A DNA stretch of 64,000 nucleotides from Porphyrobacter sp. (GTDB lineage: Bacteria > Pseudomonadota > Alphaproteobacteria > Sphingomonadales > Sphingomonadaceae), in NCBI GenBank assembly GCA_041639595.1, contig JBEQBX010000001.1, forward strand, positions 39,629 through 103,628. The letters run 5' to 3'. The notes below the pieces were generated by a model. That model was given only the letters and a program-made list of their open reading frames with translations. It had not been told where the DNA came from and ran no database searches. This document shows, one piece after another, positions 39,264 to 50,000 of the stretch. Numbering within the stretch: position 1 is the stretch's first letter; each line of letters begins with the position of its first letter. Made by a program: the position numbers and the translations under genes.

Positions 39264-40499
39264 ATGACGACCCTCTTTGCCCCTTTCGCCAAGTCGGGCG
39301 GATCGCTTGCGGCGCTGGCCGCTGCGCTTGCCTTTGCCCTTCCTGCCGCTCCCGCCGCTGCCGCAGCGCAGGAGATGCTGACCGTTCAGTCAGACGAACC
39401 CGCGCCTGCCCCGATGACCTTCGAACGACCCCGCGACGGAAACCGCAGCGCGTCGGCGCGCGCAGAGCTAGCGCTTTCGCAACCCAAATCCGTGGCCGTT
39501 GCCTATGCACAGTCCGAACCGAGGGGCGAGCGCCGAGGACGCGGCGGCTTTGGCAGCGGTGTGATTTCCCGCGCACAAGCCGAGCAGCGCGGCGAACAGC
39601 GCGCCGAACGCATCGATCGCCGCAGCGAGCAGCGCGCCGAACGCGTCGACCGCCGCAGTGAACAGCGCGCGGCTCAGGTCGATCGCCGTAGCGAGCGGCG
39701 GGCCGACCGTGTGGAGCAGCGCGGCGATGTGCGTGCCGACCGGCTCGAATGGCGCGGCCGCGATGCTGCCGCTGACCGCGTCGACCGCCGAACCGATGCT
39801 CGCGCTGACCGGATCGAAGATCGCGGAGACTTCCGCGCTAACCGGATCGAGCGTCGCGGGGATATCCGTGCCGACCGCATTGAAGATCGCGGAGATCGCC
39901 GCGCAGACCGCGCGGATGGGCGCCGCGATGATTGGCGCGACGGTCGGCGAGATGGACGCTTGAACGGCCGTGGCAGTGGCTGGGGTGACGGCGTGCGTGA
40001 TCTGGCCCGCGAAGGGCGCCGCGGTGATTGGCAGCGTGACGACCGCCTTGATGGTTGGCGCGATGGCCGCCGTGACGGATGGCGCGGCGATCGCCGTGAC
40101 GGCTGGCGCGACGGGGGGCGTAATTGGCGCCGTGACGACTGGCGCTGGGGCTGGAATGGTCGCCCCGGCTGGGACAACCGCGATTTCCGCCGCTGGGATA
40201 ATCGCTGGCGCGGCAATCGCACCTACAACTGGTTCGATTTCCGGCGCGGCAACCAGTTCCTGTTCCGGCCCGGCCCGTATTTCGCGCCGTTCCGTTCGCA
40301 TCGCTACAGCCGTCTGGATACCGGCTTCTTCCTCGACAGCCTGTTCTTCCAGCCGCGCTTCTTCATCAACGACCCCTGGGCCTATCGCCTCCCGCCGGCT
40401 TACGGCCCTTACCAGTGGGTTCGGTATTATGACGATGTCGCACTGGTCGATATTTACACCGGCGAAGTGGTAGATGTGATCCACGACTTCTTCTGGTAG
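39264..40499 (+). CDS. Exported RcnB-family protein with a long Arg/Asp/Gly/Trp repeat region
   Basis: Signal peptide; C-terminal FINDPWAYRLPPAYGPYQWVRYYDDVALVDIYTGEVVDVIHDFFW (RcnB-like). Confidence 0.82.
   Translation: MTTLFAPFAKSGGSLAALAAALAFALPAAPAAAAAQEMLTVQSDEPAPAPMTFERPRDGNRSASARAELALSQPKSVAVAYAQSEPRGERRGRGGFGSGVISRAQAEQRGEQRAERIDRRSEQRAERVDRRSEQRAAQVDRRSERRADRVEQRGDVRADRLEWRGRDAAADRVDRRTDARADRIEDRGDFRANRIERRGDIRADRIEDRGDRRADRADGRRDDWRDGRRDGRLNGRGSGWGDGVRDLAREGRRGDWQRDDRLDGWRDGRRDGWRGDRRDGWRDGGRNWRRDDWRWGWNGRPGWDNRDFRRWDNRWRGNRTYNWFDFRRGNQFLFRPGPYFAPFRSHRYSRLDTGFFLDSLFFQPRFFINDPWAYRLPPAYGPYQWVRYYDDVALVDIYTGEVVDVIHDFFW
39580..40210 (+). repeat. Coding tandem repeats: about ten 33-bp (11-aa) units followed by 4-aa DGWR/DGRR units
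   Basis: Units such as SEQRAERIDRR, SEQRAERVDRR, GDIRADRIEDR; then RDGRR, RDGWR, DDWR. Confidence 0.8.
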
Positions 40500-40517
40500 G
40501 TCGTCACTCGTCACCTG

Positions 40518-40548
40518 AGCCCCGTTGGAGCAATCCGGCGGGGCTTTT
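40518..40548 (+). terminator. Intrinsic terminator after the RcnB-family gene
   Basis: AGCCCCGTTGGA-GCAA-TCCGGCGGGGCT followed by TTT; GNRA tetraloop. Confidence 0.75.
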
Positions 40549-40604
40549 GCTTGGACCCGCGCCGCGGCTTGGCCGCACCGGAGGGCCTTGCTAACAGACG
40601 CGTC

Positions 40605-41267
40605 ATGACTGGCACTGTCCCCGATCAACACGCCCTCGCCCGCCTCGGCCAAAGCGTGCGAGGGCGGCTGGCGGCAGACCCGGCAGCGTACCGCGTCGAG
40701 GACGAGCGGATCGAACTGTTCGCCATCGGCGGCTTCCTGTCCGATGACGAATGCATCCGGCTACGCCACTTGATCGACGCTGTTGCCAGACCTTCGGCGC
40801 TGCACGAGCTCGACTATGCCAGCGGTTTTCGCACGTCCTATTCCGGCGATCTCGACCCGCGCGATGCCTTTGTGGCGGGGCTGTCGAAGCGGATCGATGC
40901 GGTACTCGGCGTGGACGCAGCTATCGGTGAGCCATTGCAGGGCCAGAGTTATCATCCGGGCCAGCAGTTCAAGCCGCATAATGACTGGTTCTACACCTCC
41001 GAAGGATATTGGCCGCAGGAGGAAGCCCGCGGCGGTCAGAGAAGCTGGACGGCGATGGCTTACCTGAATGCGGTCGAGGCAGGCGGCGCGACGGCCTTCA
41101 CCCTGCTCGGGCTGGAGATCGAACCCAAGCCGGGCGTGCTGCTGCTATGGAACAATGCCCTGCCCGATGGCCGCCCGAACGAGGCGACGCTCCATGCCGG
41201 ATTGCCCGTCGAACGCGGCGTGAAATACGTCATCACCAAATGGTATCGCACCCGCAACTGGCGGTAG
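40605..41267 (+). CDS. 2OG-Fe(II) oxygenase (prolyl 4-hydroxylase-like)
   Basis: FLSDDEC, RTS, GEPLQGQSY..FKPHND, RSWTAMAYLN..GGAT, HAGLPVERGVKYVITKW. Confidence 0.88.
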   Translation: MTGTVPDQHALARLGQSVRGRLAADPAAYRVEDERIELFAIGGFLSDDECIRLRHLIDAVARPSALHELDYASGFRTSYSGDLDPRDAFVAGLSKRIDAVLGVDAAIGEPLQGQSYHPGQQFKPHNDWFYTSEGYWPQEEARGGQRSWTAMAYLNAVEAGGATAFTLLGLEIEPKPGVLLLWNNALPDGRPNEATLHAGLPVERGVKYVITKWYRTRNWR

Positions 41268-41280
41268 GAAAGCGCTGCGA

Positions 41281-41814
41281 TCAGCCTTCGGATGCTGTGC
41301 TGGCAGCATCCCGGCGTTCCGCCCGCGCCGCCTGTGCGAGCTTTTCGACCCGGTGGGCGAGCCGCAGGATTTCCAGCTGGGTGCGCAGGTTCACCTCGTA
41401 ATCGTGGCGCGCGGTGATGCGGTCTTTGCGGGCCTGCCGGTTCTGGCTCATCAGGATGATGGGTGCCTGCACCGCCGCCAGCATCGACAGCATCAGGTTG
41501 AGGAAAATGAACGGATAGGCATCGAAGGCCCGCACCCCCAGCAGTTCCAGCGCCCCGCTGTTCAGCGTCGTCCACAAGACCAGCACCACGCCGAAGCCGA
41601 TGATGAAGCCCCAGCTTCCCCCGATCTCGGCCACCCGATCCGCCAGCCGGTCACCCCAGGTTTCATGCCCCTGCGCCAGTTCATCGGCATCGCGGCCGGT
41701 GAAGCTGCCTGACGCCACCCGCCTGAGCACCCGCTGTTCGTCCGCTTCAAGATCGTCGAAATCGCGGCCCAGAAGGTCACGCGCGAGCTGATGCGGATCG
41801 GCTTCGCGGGTCAT
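41281..41814 (-). CDS. DUF1003 membrane protein
   Basis: GDRLADRVAEIGGSWGFI, FDAYPFIFLNLMLS..QAPIILMSQNRQ. Confidence 0.9.
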   Translation of the reverse strand: MTREADPHQLARDLLGRDFDDLEADEQRVLRRVASGSFTGRDADELAQGHETWGDRLADRVAEIGGSWGFIIGFGVVLVLWTTLNSGALELLGVRAFDAYPFIFLNLMLSMLAAVQAPIILMSQNRQARKDRITARHDYEVNLRTQLEILRLAHRVEKLAQAARAERRDAASTASEG

Positions 41815-43427
41815 GCTTTGGCGAGAGCCTCGGCAATCAGGACGCGGGTCGGCGCGATGCCGTACAGCGCGATGAAGCTGCCCATGCGCGGGCCCTGTTC
41901 GCTGCCGAGCAGGGTTTCATACAGCGCCTTGAACCAGTCACGCAGGCTCTCGAAACCGAACTCCTCGATCTTGCCGATTTCATAGACGATGGTCTGGAGG
42001 TCTTCCGCGCTGGTGGCCGGATCAGCGGCTTCAAGCGCCGCGTCGAGCGCCTGAAGCGCCCCCACCTCGCCGCCCGCAGGCGCGCGCTTGTCCAGCGTCG
42101 GGGCGACGAAATCGCGGTTATAGGCCAGCGCCCGGCCCACCAGCGCATCCAGCGCCGGATGCGCGGCCGGATCGGCATTTTCGACATAATTGCCGAGGTA
42201 TGACCACACCGCTTCACGCGTTGCACCCGCGCCCAGCACACCGACCAGGTTCAGCAGCAGGCTGAACGGCACTGGCAGCGTGTCGCCCTCACCCGGAGCA
42301 TCGGCGCCTTCATGGCGTTCATTCGCGCGCAGCAGATGCCACACCGGATTGCCGAGCCGCTTGTCGATGTCCTGCCCGGGGACGGCTGCACGGAACTGCC
42401 AGTAATCGTCCACCGCCTTGGGGATCACCCCCGCGTGCAATTGCTTGGCGCTCTTGGGATTGGCGAAGATGTAGTAGCCGAGGCTTTCCGGGCTGCCATA
42501 TTGCAGCCAGTCCTCGATCGACAGGCCATTGCCCTTCGACTTGGAAATCTTCTCGCCCTTGCCGTCAAGGAACAGCTCGTAAATCAGGCCTTCGGGCTTG
42601 TGACCGCCGAGCACGCGGGCGATCTTGCCTGACTGGACGCCGGAATCGGTCAAATCCTTGCCATACATTTCGTAATCGACGCCCAGCGCGACCCAGCGCA
42701 TCGCCCAATCGACCTTCCACTGGCACTTGGCCATGCCGCCCAAGGCGGATTGCTCGACCACCGTCCCATCTTCATCGGTGAAACGGATGATCCCGGCGGC
42801 GGCGTCCACCACTTCGATCGGCACCTGAAGCACCGCGCCGGTTGCGGGGCTGATCGGCATGATCGGGGAATAGGTCTTGCGCCTTTCTTCCCCAAGCGTC
42901 GGCAACATGATGTCGAGGATCGCACCGAAATTCGCCAGCACACCCTTCAACGCGTCGTCGAACTTGCCGCCATTGTAGCAATCGGACGAACTGACGAATT
43001 CATATTCGAACCCGAACCGGTCAAGAAAGTCGCGCAGCATCGCGTTGTTGTGCGCAGCGAAGCTTTCGAACTTGTCGAACGGATCGGGGATCCGCGACAG
43101 CGGCTTGCCGAGATGTCCGGTCAGCATATCGCGGTTTGGCACGTTGTCGGGCACCTTGCGCAGCCCGTCCATGTCGTCCGAAAACGCCACCAGCCGCGTT
43201 GCCGCCCCGCCGGTCAGTGCTTCATAGGCACGCCGTACCAGCGTGGTGCGCAGCACTTCCTGAAACGTGCCGATATGCGGCAGGCCTGACGGACCGTAGC
43301 CGGTTTCGAACAGCACGCCGCCCGGCTTGCCTTCCGGCATCCGCTTGGCAAGGCGCTGCGCCTCCTGAAACGGCCAGGCCTTGGAGGTTTGGGCAGCGGC
43401 GATAAGGGCTTCGGTCGAGATGGTCAT
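41811..43427 (-). CDS. lysS: Lysine--tRNA ligase, class I
   Basis: AWPF, FETGYGPSGLPHIGT (HIGH), QWKVDWAMRW, KISKSKGN (KMSKS), GPRMGSFI. Confidence 0.95.
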   Translation of the reverse strand: MTISTEALIAAAQTSKAWPFQEAQRLAKRMPEGKPGGVLFETGYGPSGLPHIGTFQEVLRTTLVRRAYEALTGGAATRLVAFSDDMDGLRKVPDNVPNRDMLTGHLGKPLSRIPDPFDKFESFAAHNNAMLRDFLDRFGFEYEFVSSSDCYNGGKFDDALKGVLANFGAILDIMLPTLGEERRKTYSPIMPISPATGAVLQVPIEVVDAAAGIIRFTDEDGTVVEQSALGGMAKCQWKVDWAMRWVALGVDYEMYGKDLTDSGVQSGKIARVLGGHKPEGLIYELFLDGKGEKISKSKGNGLSIEDWLQYGSPESLGYYIFANPKSAKQLHAGVIPKAVDDYWQFRAAVPGQDIDKRLGNPVWHLLRANERHEGADAPGEGDTLPVPFSLLLNLVGVLGAGATREAVWSYLGNYVENADPAAHPALDALVGRALAYNRDFVAPTLDKRAPAGGEVGALQALDAALEAADPATSAEDLQTIVYEIGKIEEFGFESLRDWFKALYETLLGSEQGPRMGSFIALYGIAPTRVLIAEALAKA

Positions 43428-43489
43428 GATGGGGCGGCTATCAGGCAAGGCGCGCGGCCTTGCAAGTGGAATGGGCTGGGCGAAGTTTA

Positions 43490-43514
43490 CAAAGTTTACA
43501 CCGTGTAAACTTTG
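43490..43514. repeat. Perfect 25-bp palindrome in an AT-rich intergenic tract
   Basis: CAAAGTTTACAC-C-GTGTAAACTTTG, preceded by an extra AAGTTTAC copy at 43483. Confidence 0.85.
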
Positions 43515-43685
43515 GAATTGTCTTTTTTATGGTTGATTTACAGCAATTTGGATCTTTTTTCAAAGTGGCCGGACACAGGGGTGCCGGGAAAAACACGCAA
43601 AGCAGGATCGGGCATCACGCGGTTCTATCCCGCGTGCCCGCTGTAGGACAGACGGCGGGGCAAAGCGGGCCGCGCTCCGTTTACA

Positions 43686-46478
43686 ATGCCGCCTGCCTCC
43701 CCCATCTTGGGCGCTGTGACATCCCCCGCTGCCATTCCCGACCCGCTTGCCCTGCCCGCGCTGCATGCCAGCCATGGCGGGCACTGGCTGCGCGACCATG
43801 CTGGCGCAACCACGGCCGTGTCCAAGGGCGATGCCATCATGGCGGCCGCCGATATGCCGGTGCTGATGCTGAACGCGCCGCTGGTGGCGAGCCGGCTGGG
43901 CTATCCCGATCTGTCGGGCCTCGATCTGCTGGAGGCTTTCGCCTTCATCCACCCCGCGCGCTTTTGCGTTCCCACCCCGCGCGGGCTGGCCGAGGCGCTG
44001 GGCCTGCCCGTGCCGGAAAATGACGCTGCCGTGCCGGAGTTGCTTCAGCGCGCGGCGGGCGCCCTGATCGCGGCCTGCCAGCATCCCGATTGGGCCGAAC
44101 GGGAAGGCGCGTGGAGCGCGGTGCAATCACTCGAACGCCTGCGCTGGCCGTGGGCGCAGGTGCTGCGCCCCCACATCGCCAAGCCCGAAAGGGCCGAACG
44201 CTGGCTGTTTGCCAAGCTGCCCGAATGGGAGGAAACGGGTGAGCGCCCTGCCCCCCGGCAGGTGGAGCTATCGCCCGAAGCCGTGCAGGCGCAGCTCGCC
44301 CGACTGACCGGCGAAGGCGCCGAAAGCCGTGAGGGCCAGCGCGCCTATGCGCAGGATGTCGCCCGCATCTTTGCCCCGCGCCCCCGCGAAGGCCGCCCGC
44401 ATATCGCCTTGGCACAGGCGGGAACGGGGATCGGCAAGACTTTGGGTTATCTCGCGCCTGCTTCGGTCTGGGCGGAGCAAGCGGGCGGGACCGTGTGGGT
44501 TTCGACCTTCACCAAGAACCTGCAACGCCAGCTTCGCGCCGAAAGCCGCCGGGCATGGCCTGCCAAACGCGCCGATGGATCGCCCCCCGTGGTGGTGCGC
44601 AAGGGGCGGGAGAATTACCTCTGCCTGCTCAATCTGGAGGACGCATTGCAGGGCGGGTTTGCCGGGCGTGCGGCGATCCTTGCGCAATTGGTGGCGCGCT
44701 GGGGCGCCTTTACCCGCGATGGCGATATGGTGGGCGGCGATTTGCCGGGCTGGCTTGGCCCGCTGTTCAGGAAGCGCGGCATTGCGGCCCTAACGGACCA
44801 GCGCGGCGAGTGCATTTACGCTGGTTGCCCGCATTACCGCAAATGCTTCATCGAACGCGCAGGCCGGGATTCCGCGCAGGCTGATCTGGTGATCGCCAAT
44901 CACGCGCTGGTGATGGTCAACGCCGCCCGCGCCCGTGATCCAAACCAGCGCCCGACGCGGCTGATCTTCGATGAAGGCCACCATGTCTTCGATGCTGCGG
45001 ATTCGACGTTTGCTGCAACGTTGAGCGGGCAGGAAACCATCGAACTCAGGCGCTGGATCATCGGCCCCGAAAAGGAATCGCGCGGACGCCGCCGCGGGCT
45101 TTCGGCAAGGCTGGCCGATATTGCCAGCTATGACGATGCGGGCGCCGAAGCTATCGCCGCAGCCTGCAAGGCGGGGCAATTGCTGCCGTCCGACGGGTGG
45201 CTACAGCGGCTTGGCGAAAACGCGCCCTTCGGCCCTGTCGAAGCGCTGCTCGCCGCGGTGCGCGCCGCCACCTATGCCCGCGACGAAAGCGGCGGGATTG
45301 ACGCAGGTTACGCCATCGAGACAGAGGCCGCGGGCCTGCCGGGCGAAGTGATCGAAGCCGCCAGCAACGCCGCCGAAGCGCTCGTCAGTATCCGGGTGCC
45401 GCTGATCCGGCTGGGCGGACGGCTGGAGGCGATCCTGACCGATCCGCCCGACTGGCTCGACGCGCAAGGCCGCGCGCGGATCGAAGGGGCCCGTTTTGCT
45501 TTGACATGGCGGATTGATCTGATCGCCGCGTGGGAAGCCCTGCTTGACCGGCTGGGCGGCCCGGCCGACCCTGAATTTGTCGACTGGCTAGCGGTTGACC
45601 GTTCCGAAGCGCGCGAATTCGATGTGGCGATCCACCGCCGCTGGCTTGATCCGATGAAGCCGTTTGCCCGCGTGGTGCTGGAACCTGCGCATGGTGTGAT
45701 GCTGACCAGCGCCACACTCACCGACCGCACCCCAAGCGATGATGTCTGGGCGAGCGCGATCCAGCGGTCCGGCGCGGCGCATGTCGAAAGCACGCCGCTG
45801 CTTTCGGCAGCGGAAAGCCCTTTCGATTACGCTGCCCGCGCCGAGGTGCTGATCGTGACCGATGTGGCCAAGGGCGATCTGCCCGCGCTGGCGGGGGCCT
45901 ATGCCCGCATCATCGAGGCGAGCGGCGGCGGCGTGCTGGGCCTGTTCACCGCGATCCGCCGCCTGCGCGCGGTGCATGGCCGCATTGCCGACCGGCTCGC
46001 CCGCGCGGGCCTGCCGGTCTATGCCCAGCACGTCGATCCGATCGACACCGGCACGCTGGTGGACATTTTCCGCGATGATCCGCGCGCCAGCCTGATCGGC
46101 ACCGATGCGCTGCGTGACGGGGTGGATGTGCCGGGGCATTCGCTCAGATGCGTGGTGCTGGAACAGGTGCCGTGGCCGCGTCCGGACATTCTGCACAAGG
46201 CGCGGCGGCTGGCAGGCGGCGGCAGTGCTTATGACGACCGCATCATCCGCGCCAAGCTGGCGCAGGCGTTTGGCCGGTTGATCCGCAGCAAGGATGATGC
46301 GGGGCATTTCATCTTGCTTTCCCCCGCCTTCCCCTCGCGGTTGTTGTCCGCTTTCCCTAAAGGAACGCCAGTGCTGCGCGTGACGCTTGATGAGGCTTTA
46401 CAACGGGTCGCGGCTGGTGTTGGGGGCAGCGTGTCGCAGCCGGTGCCGGATGGTGCCAAGGGAGCCTTGCAGCCATGA
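43686..46478 (+). CDS. DinG/YoaA-family ATP-dependent DNA helicase (start uncertain)
   Basis: QAGTGIGKT, KGRENYLC, Fe-S Cys cluster ECIYAGCPHYRKC, NHAL, DEGHH, TSATL, GVDVPG, QAFGRLIR. Confidence 0.9.
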   Translation: MPPASPILGAVTSPAAIPDPLALPALHASHGGHWLRDHAGATTAVSKGDAIMAAADMPVLMLNAPLVASRLGYPDLSGLDLLEAFAFIHPARFCVPTPRGLAEALGLPVPENDAAVPELLQRAAGALIAACQHPDWAEREGAWSAVQSLERLRWPWAQVLRPHIAKPERAERWLFAKLPEWEETGERPAPRQVELSPEAVQAQLARLTGEGAESREGQRAYAQDVARIFAPRPREGRPHIALAQAGTGIGKTLGYLAPASVWAEQAGGTVWVSTFTKNLQRQLRAESRRAWPAKRADGSPPVVVRKGRENYLCLLNLEDALQGGFAGRAAILAQLVARWGAFTRDGDMVGGDLPGWLGPLFRKRGIAALTDQRGECIYAGCPHYRKCFIERAGRDSAQADLVIANHALVMVNAARARDPNQRPTRLIFDEGHHVFDAADSTFAATLSGQETIELRRWIIGPEKESRGRRRGLSARLADIASYDDAGAEAIAAACKAGQLLPSDGWLQRLGENAPFGPVEALLAAVRAATYARDESGGIDAGYAIETEAAGLPGEVIEAASNAAEALVSIRVPLIRLGGRLEAILTDPPDWLDAQGRARIEGARFALTWRIDLIAAWEALLDRLGGPADPEFVDWLAVDRSEAREFDVAIHRRWLDPMKPFARVVLEPAHGVMLTSATLTDRTPSDDVWASAIQRSGAAHVESTPLLSAAESPFDYAARAEVLIVTDVAKGDLPALAGAYARIIEASGGGVLGLFTAIRRLRAVHGRIADRLARAGLPVYAQHVDPIDTGTLVDIFRDDPRASLIGTDALRDGVDVPGHSLRCVVLEQVPWPRPDILHKARRLAGGGSAYDDRIIRAKLAQAFGRLIRSKDDAGHFILLSPAFPSRLLSAFPKGTPVLRVTLDEALQRVAAGVGGSVSQPVPDGAKGALQP

Positions 46479-47014
46479 AAATTCTCGGCCTCCTGCGCCA
46501 CGCCAAGTCCGATTGGGACGATACCAACCAGCGCGATTTCGATCGCGGGCTGAACGCGCGCGGGCGCAAGGGGGCCGAACTGATCGGTGCCCATATCCGC
46601 GACCACGGGGTGAAGTGGGACAGGCTGATCGCCAGTCCGGCCGTGCGGGTCACAGCAACGCTGGAAAACGCGCTGCCCGCGTTGACGCCGATCTATGACC
46701 AACGGCTATACCTTGCCAGCTTCGACACCATTGTCGAAGCGATCGAGGCCCATGCCGGAAGCGGCGATGACGAGGCCAGGGCGATCCTTATCGCGGGCCA
46801 CAATCCCGGCCTTCAGGACGTGCTGCTGGAACTGGTCGCGCCGGGCAAGGAAAACGCCCTGTTCAAGGAAGCGGTGGTGAAATTCCCGACTGCGTCCTAT
46901 GCCGTGCTCGAATGCGATGTCGCCCATTGGAGCGAGCTGAAGCGGTATTGCGCAGAGCTTGTTCACTTCGCCCGCCCCCGCGACCTTGATCCCGATCTGG
47001 GGCCGGAAGGCTAG
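46475..47014 (+). CDS. sixA: SixA-type histidine phosphatase
   Basis: LLRHAKSDW, DFDRGLNARG, SPAVR, AGHNPGL, FPTA; ATGA overlap with the helicase. Confidence 0.85.
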   Translation: MKILGLLRHAKSDWDDTNQRDFDRGLNARGRKGAELIGAHIRDHGVKWDRLIASPAVRVTATLENALPALTPIYDQRLYLASFDTIVEAIEAHAGSGDDEARAILIAGHNPGLQDVLLELVAPGKENALFKEAVVKFPTASYAVLECDVAHWSELKRYCAELVHFARPRDLDPDLGPEG

Positions 47015-50000
47015 GTCACCGGCACCAGATTATCGTCCGAATTGCGGTCGATGTAGAAGTTGTACGGATCAATCCCGGCAAACAGCGGCTTTTTGGCGGT
47101 CACCACTTCAACCACTTGTTTGCCCGCGCGCACGGGATAGCGCTTCATCGACAGCACGTTGCTGCTGGCAAAAGCGCCCGTTTCCGGCCGGGCGGTGAAC
47201 ACGCCAACCTCGATGCTTTCGGCAAGGCTGGTGCGCGTTTCCACGCCCTTGCCATCGGCGGTGAACTTGCCCGCTTCCACGGTGATGCGGGTTGCCCAGG
47301 AGCCATCGGCGCGTTGTTTCGTCACCGCGTCCTTGGCCTTCAGGTCATAGATCGTGATGCGTTCGAACAGATCGGTGATCAGCGCCTGATCCTCCGGCGT
47401 TTGGGCTTCCTTGCGCAGTTCCGCAATCAGATCGAGACTGCGCGGGTACGGCGCAGGCTTGAACTTGTAGCGGTCGATCAGCCGCGCCAGCGCGCGGTTG
47501 ACCGCATCCTCGCCCAGCCGCTGCTGGAGGAGGTACATCGCAAGGCTGCCCTTGCGGTAATGGATGTGCTGCTGGTTCTCGACCCGGATCAGCGGCTGTT
47601 CTGGCAGGGGGTCGCCCTTGCGGCCCGACAGGTAGCTATCCAGCTCAAACTTGAGGAAGCGGCGGATCTTGTCTTCGCCGTAAAGCTCTTTCATCACCAT
47701 CAGCGCCGAATATTGCGCCAGCGTTTCAGACAGGAGCGTCTGGCCCTGCATATCGGCCCCGATCACCTGATGTGCCCAGTACTGGTGCCCCAGTTCATGC
47801 GCGGTGATGTAGGAGACATAATCGATCGTCTCGGGATCGCGCACGTCAGCGGCAAAGCCGATGCTTTCGGAATAGGGCATGGTGCCCGCAAAGGCCTGCG
47901 CGAAGCTGTCATAGCCCGGAAACTCGATGATCCGGGCATAGCCGAACTGGTAGGGGCCGAAGTTGCTTTCGTAATAGGCAAGGCTGGTCTTCAGCGCCTT
48001 TTGCATCGCGGGTACGTTCCATGCGTGGCGCGGATCGTGATAGACGCTCAGCCGCACCGGGCCGACCTGCTCCTCGGCCACGGCATAGCGGGCCGATTGG
48101 ATCGAGAAGAAGTTGAGGATCGGCGCCGGGCTTTCAAACACCGCCACGCGGCGCCCGCCCTTCACCGCGTCGGAGACCTTGTTGCCCGGCGCAATCGGCA
48201 CCTGATCGGCGGCCGTGCTGACGGTGATGCGCGAATTGACCCAGTCCGCGCCGACATAATTGCGCGCCTGTGCCGAGGTATCCTCCAGCTTGGCCGTGCG
48301 CATTTCCGCCGGAAGGCCCTGACGCCGCCGTGCGGTGCGATCCTGCAACAGGCGGCGCTGGTCCATCCCGATTATCGGCGCAAAGGTGAAATTGTTCACG
48401 AAGGTGCCATTGTCGACAATGTCGGTGTCCGCGTCGCGATTGGGAAAGCCGCGCCGCCACACCTGCGACGCGAAGTCGAGCCGCGTCGTCGCCCCGGGCG
48501 CCAGCGGCGTCGCAAAGCGGAAGATGCGGTAGGCGTTGGTCTTGTCGTGGGACGCAAGCTTTGCGCCCGCGATGTCGAGACGGCTGAAGGTCACGGTATC
48601 GTCACCCTGCCGCACGTGCAGTTCGGTGATCGGCACGCCGCTGTCATTGCGCAGGTCGTAATGGCCCTTCACCTCCATCCGGCGCTCATCGGGGTAGACC
48701 GCGACATCGAAGGCGACATCGGTGATCAACGGGCGCGGCAGGCTGGCATATTTGAGATATTTGCGCTCGTAATCGGCGAGCCGCGCCTCGGCCTCGTCCG
48801 AGGTTTCGAACTGGTTCAGCACCTTGATATTGTGGTGGATGATAAGGCCGGTGCCGACCATGCCGGCCACCGCCGCCAGCGCGATCCCGCCCGAGGCAAT
48901 GGTCATGCGGCGGGCCATGCCCTTCAGCCGCGGCACCACCGCAACCACCGTGCCGCGCGGCCAGGCCCAGTGCGCCAGCACCAGCAGCACCACACCAAAG
49001 CACACCCAATAGACCCTTGCGATAGCCGCGCCGACCCAGAAGCCGCCCATGCCGTTCATGTCGCTCAAAGGCTCGGCTGGGGTGCCCGAATAGGAGTACA
49101 GGATGTTGGTATAGCCAAGGTTCGACAGGAAGATGCGGCTGACGAACCACACCAGAAACAGCCCCCAGCCGAGATACTTGTTCGGGCTGAGCACCTGAAA
49201 GAACACCGCCAGCACCGCCAGCAGCAGCAGATCGATGCTCTGCGGGATGACATAGGCCGACAGATAGAGGCCAAAATCGATGCTGGGCGCACCCTTGGCC
49301 AGCTGGAACAAGACGCCCGTTGCCATCCCCGCCAGCGCCATCGCCAGCAGCACGGCGAAGATGGCGATGATCTTGGGCACGAACATCGTCCATGCCGGCA
49401 CGGGCGCGGCGTCGATGATTTCAGCCATCTTCACATCACGTTCGCGCCACACCAGTTCGCCACCATAGAACACCGCGACGATCAGGCTGAACAGCGCGGC
49501 GCTGCCGGTCACGGTTTCGATGACATTGGCGGTCAGCGGGTAGGACGGCGTGCCATAGCTCGTCGCGGCGAAGGCGAGGTTGAGCGCGGTAAAGGCGACC
49601 GAGATCAGCAGCAGGACAATCAGGCCGGGGCTTTTCAGCACGAACATCACCTCGGCGTGCAGCCGCAGGCCGAAGGTGGCAAGCGCATGGCCGAAGCCAA
49701 AGTGGCGGGTGACAGGCCGGGTCAGGGATTGCGGCGCGATACTGCCTGCCTTGGCGGCCTTCACAGCCTGCTTGGCGAGGCGGCGCAGCTGCCAGCGTGA
49801 AGGCGCACGCTCGGTCATGCTGAAACGCAGCCAAGCAAGGCCCAGGAACAGCGCCGAAAGGCCGAGCACGAAGATGCGGTTGAACAGCAGGTTGCCTTCC
49901 AGCGGGACCGGCCTGGTGTTCATGTCTGCGGCAGTCCAATATCGCGAAACCTCGCCCACCGCGCCGGTGCCGAACGGCTCGAACTGCGCGACGGTATCCT

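Noticed and set aside
39580-39960. 33-bp periodic repeats resembling a CRISPR array
   Set aside because: Repeats are degenerate, in-frame and contiguous with no unique spacers; they encode the RcnB-like protein, and no cas genes are present.
41811-43427. Archaeal-type class I LysRS as a horizontal-transfer novelty
   Set aside because: Class I LysRS is normal in Alphaproteobacteria.
47116-49800. 894-aa plus-strand ORF, and similar long ORFs at 12210-14402, 17138-18838, 36451-38307 and 62080-63978
   Set aside because: Antisense shadows of clearly recognisable genes, common in high-GC DNA; no motifs of their own.
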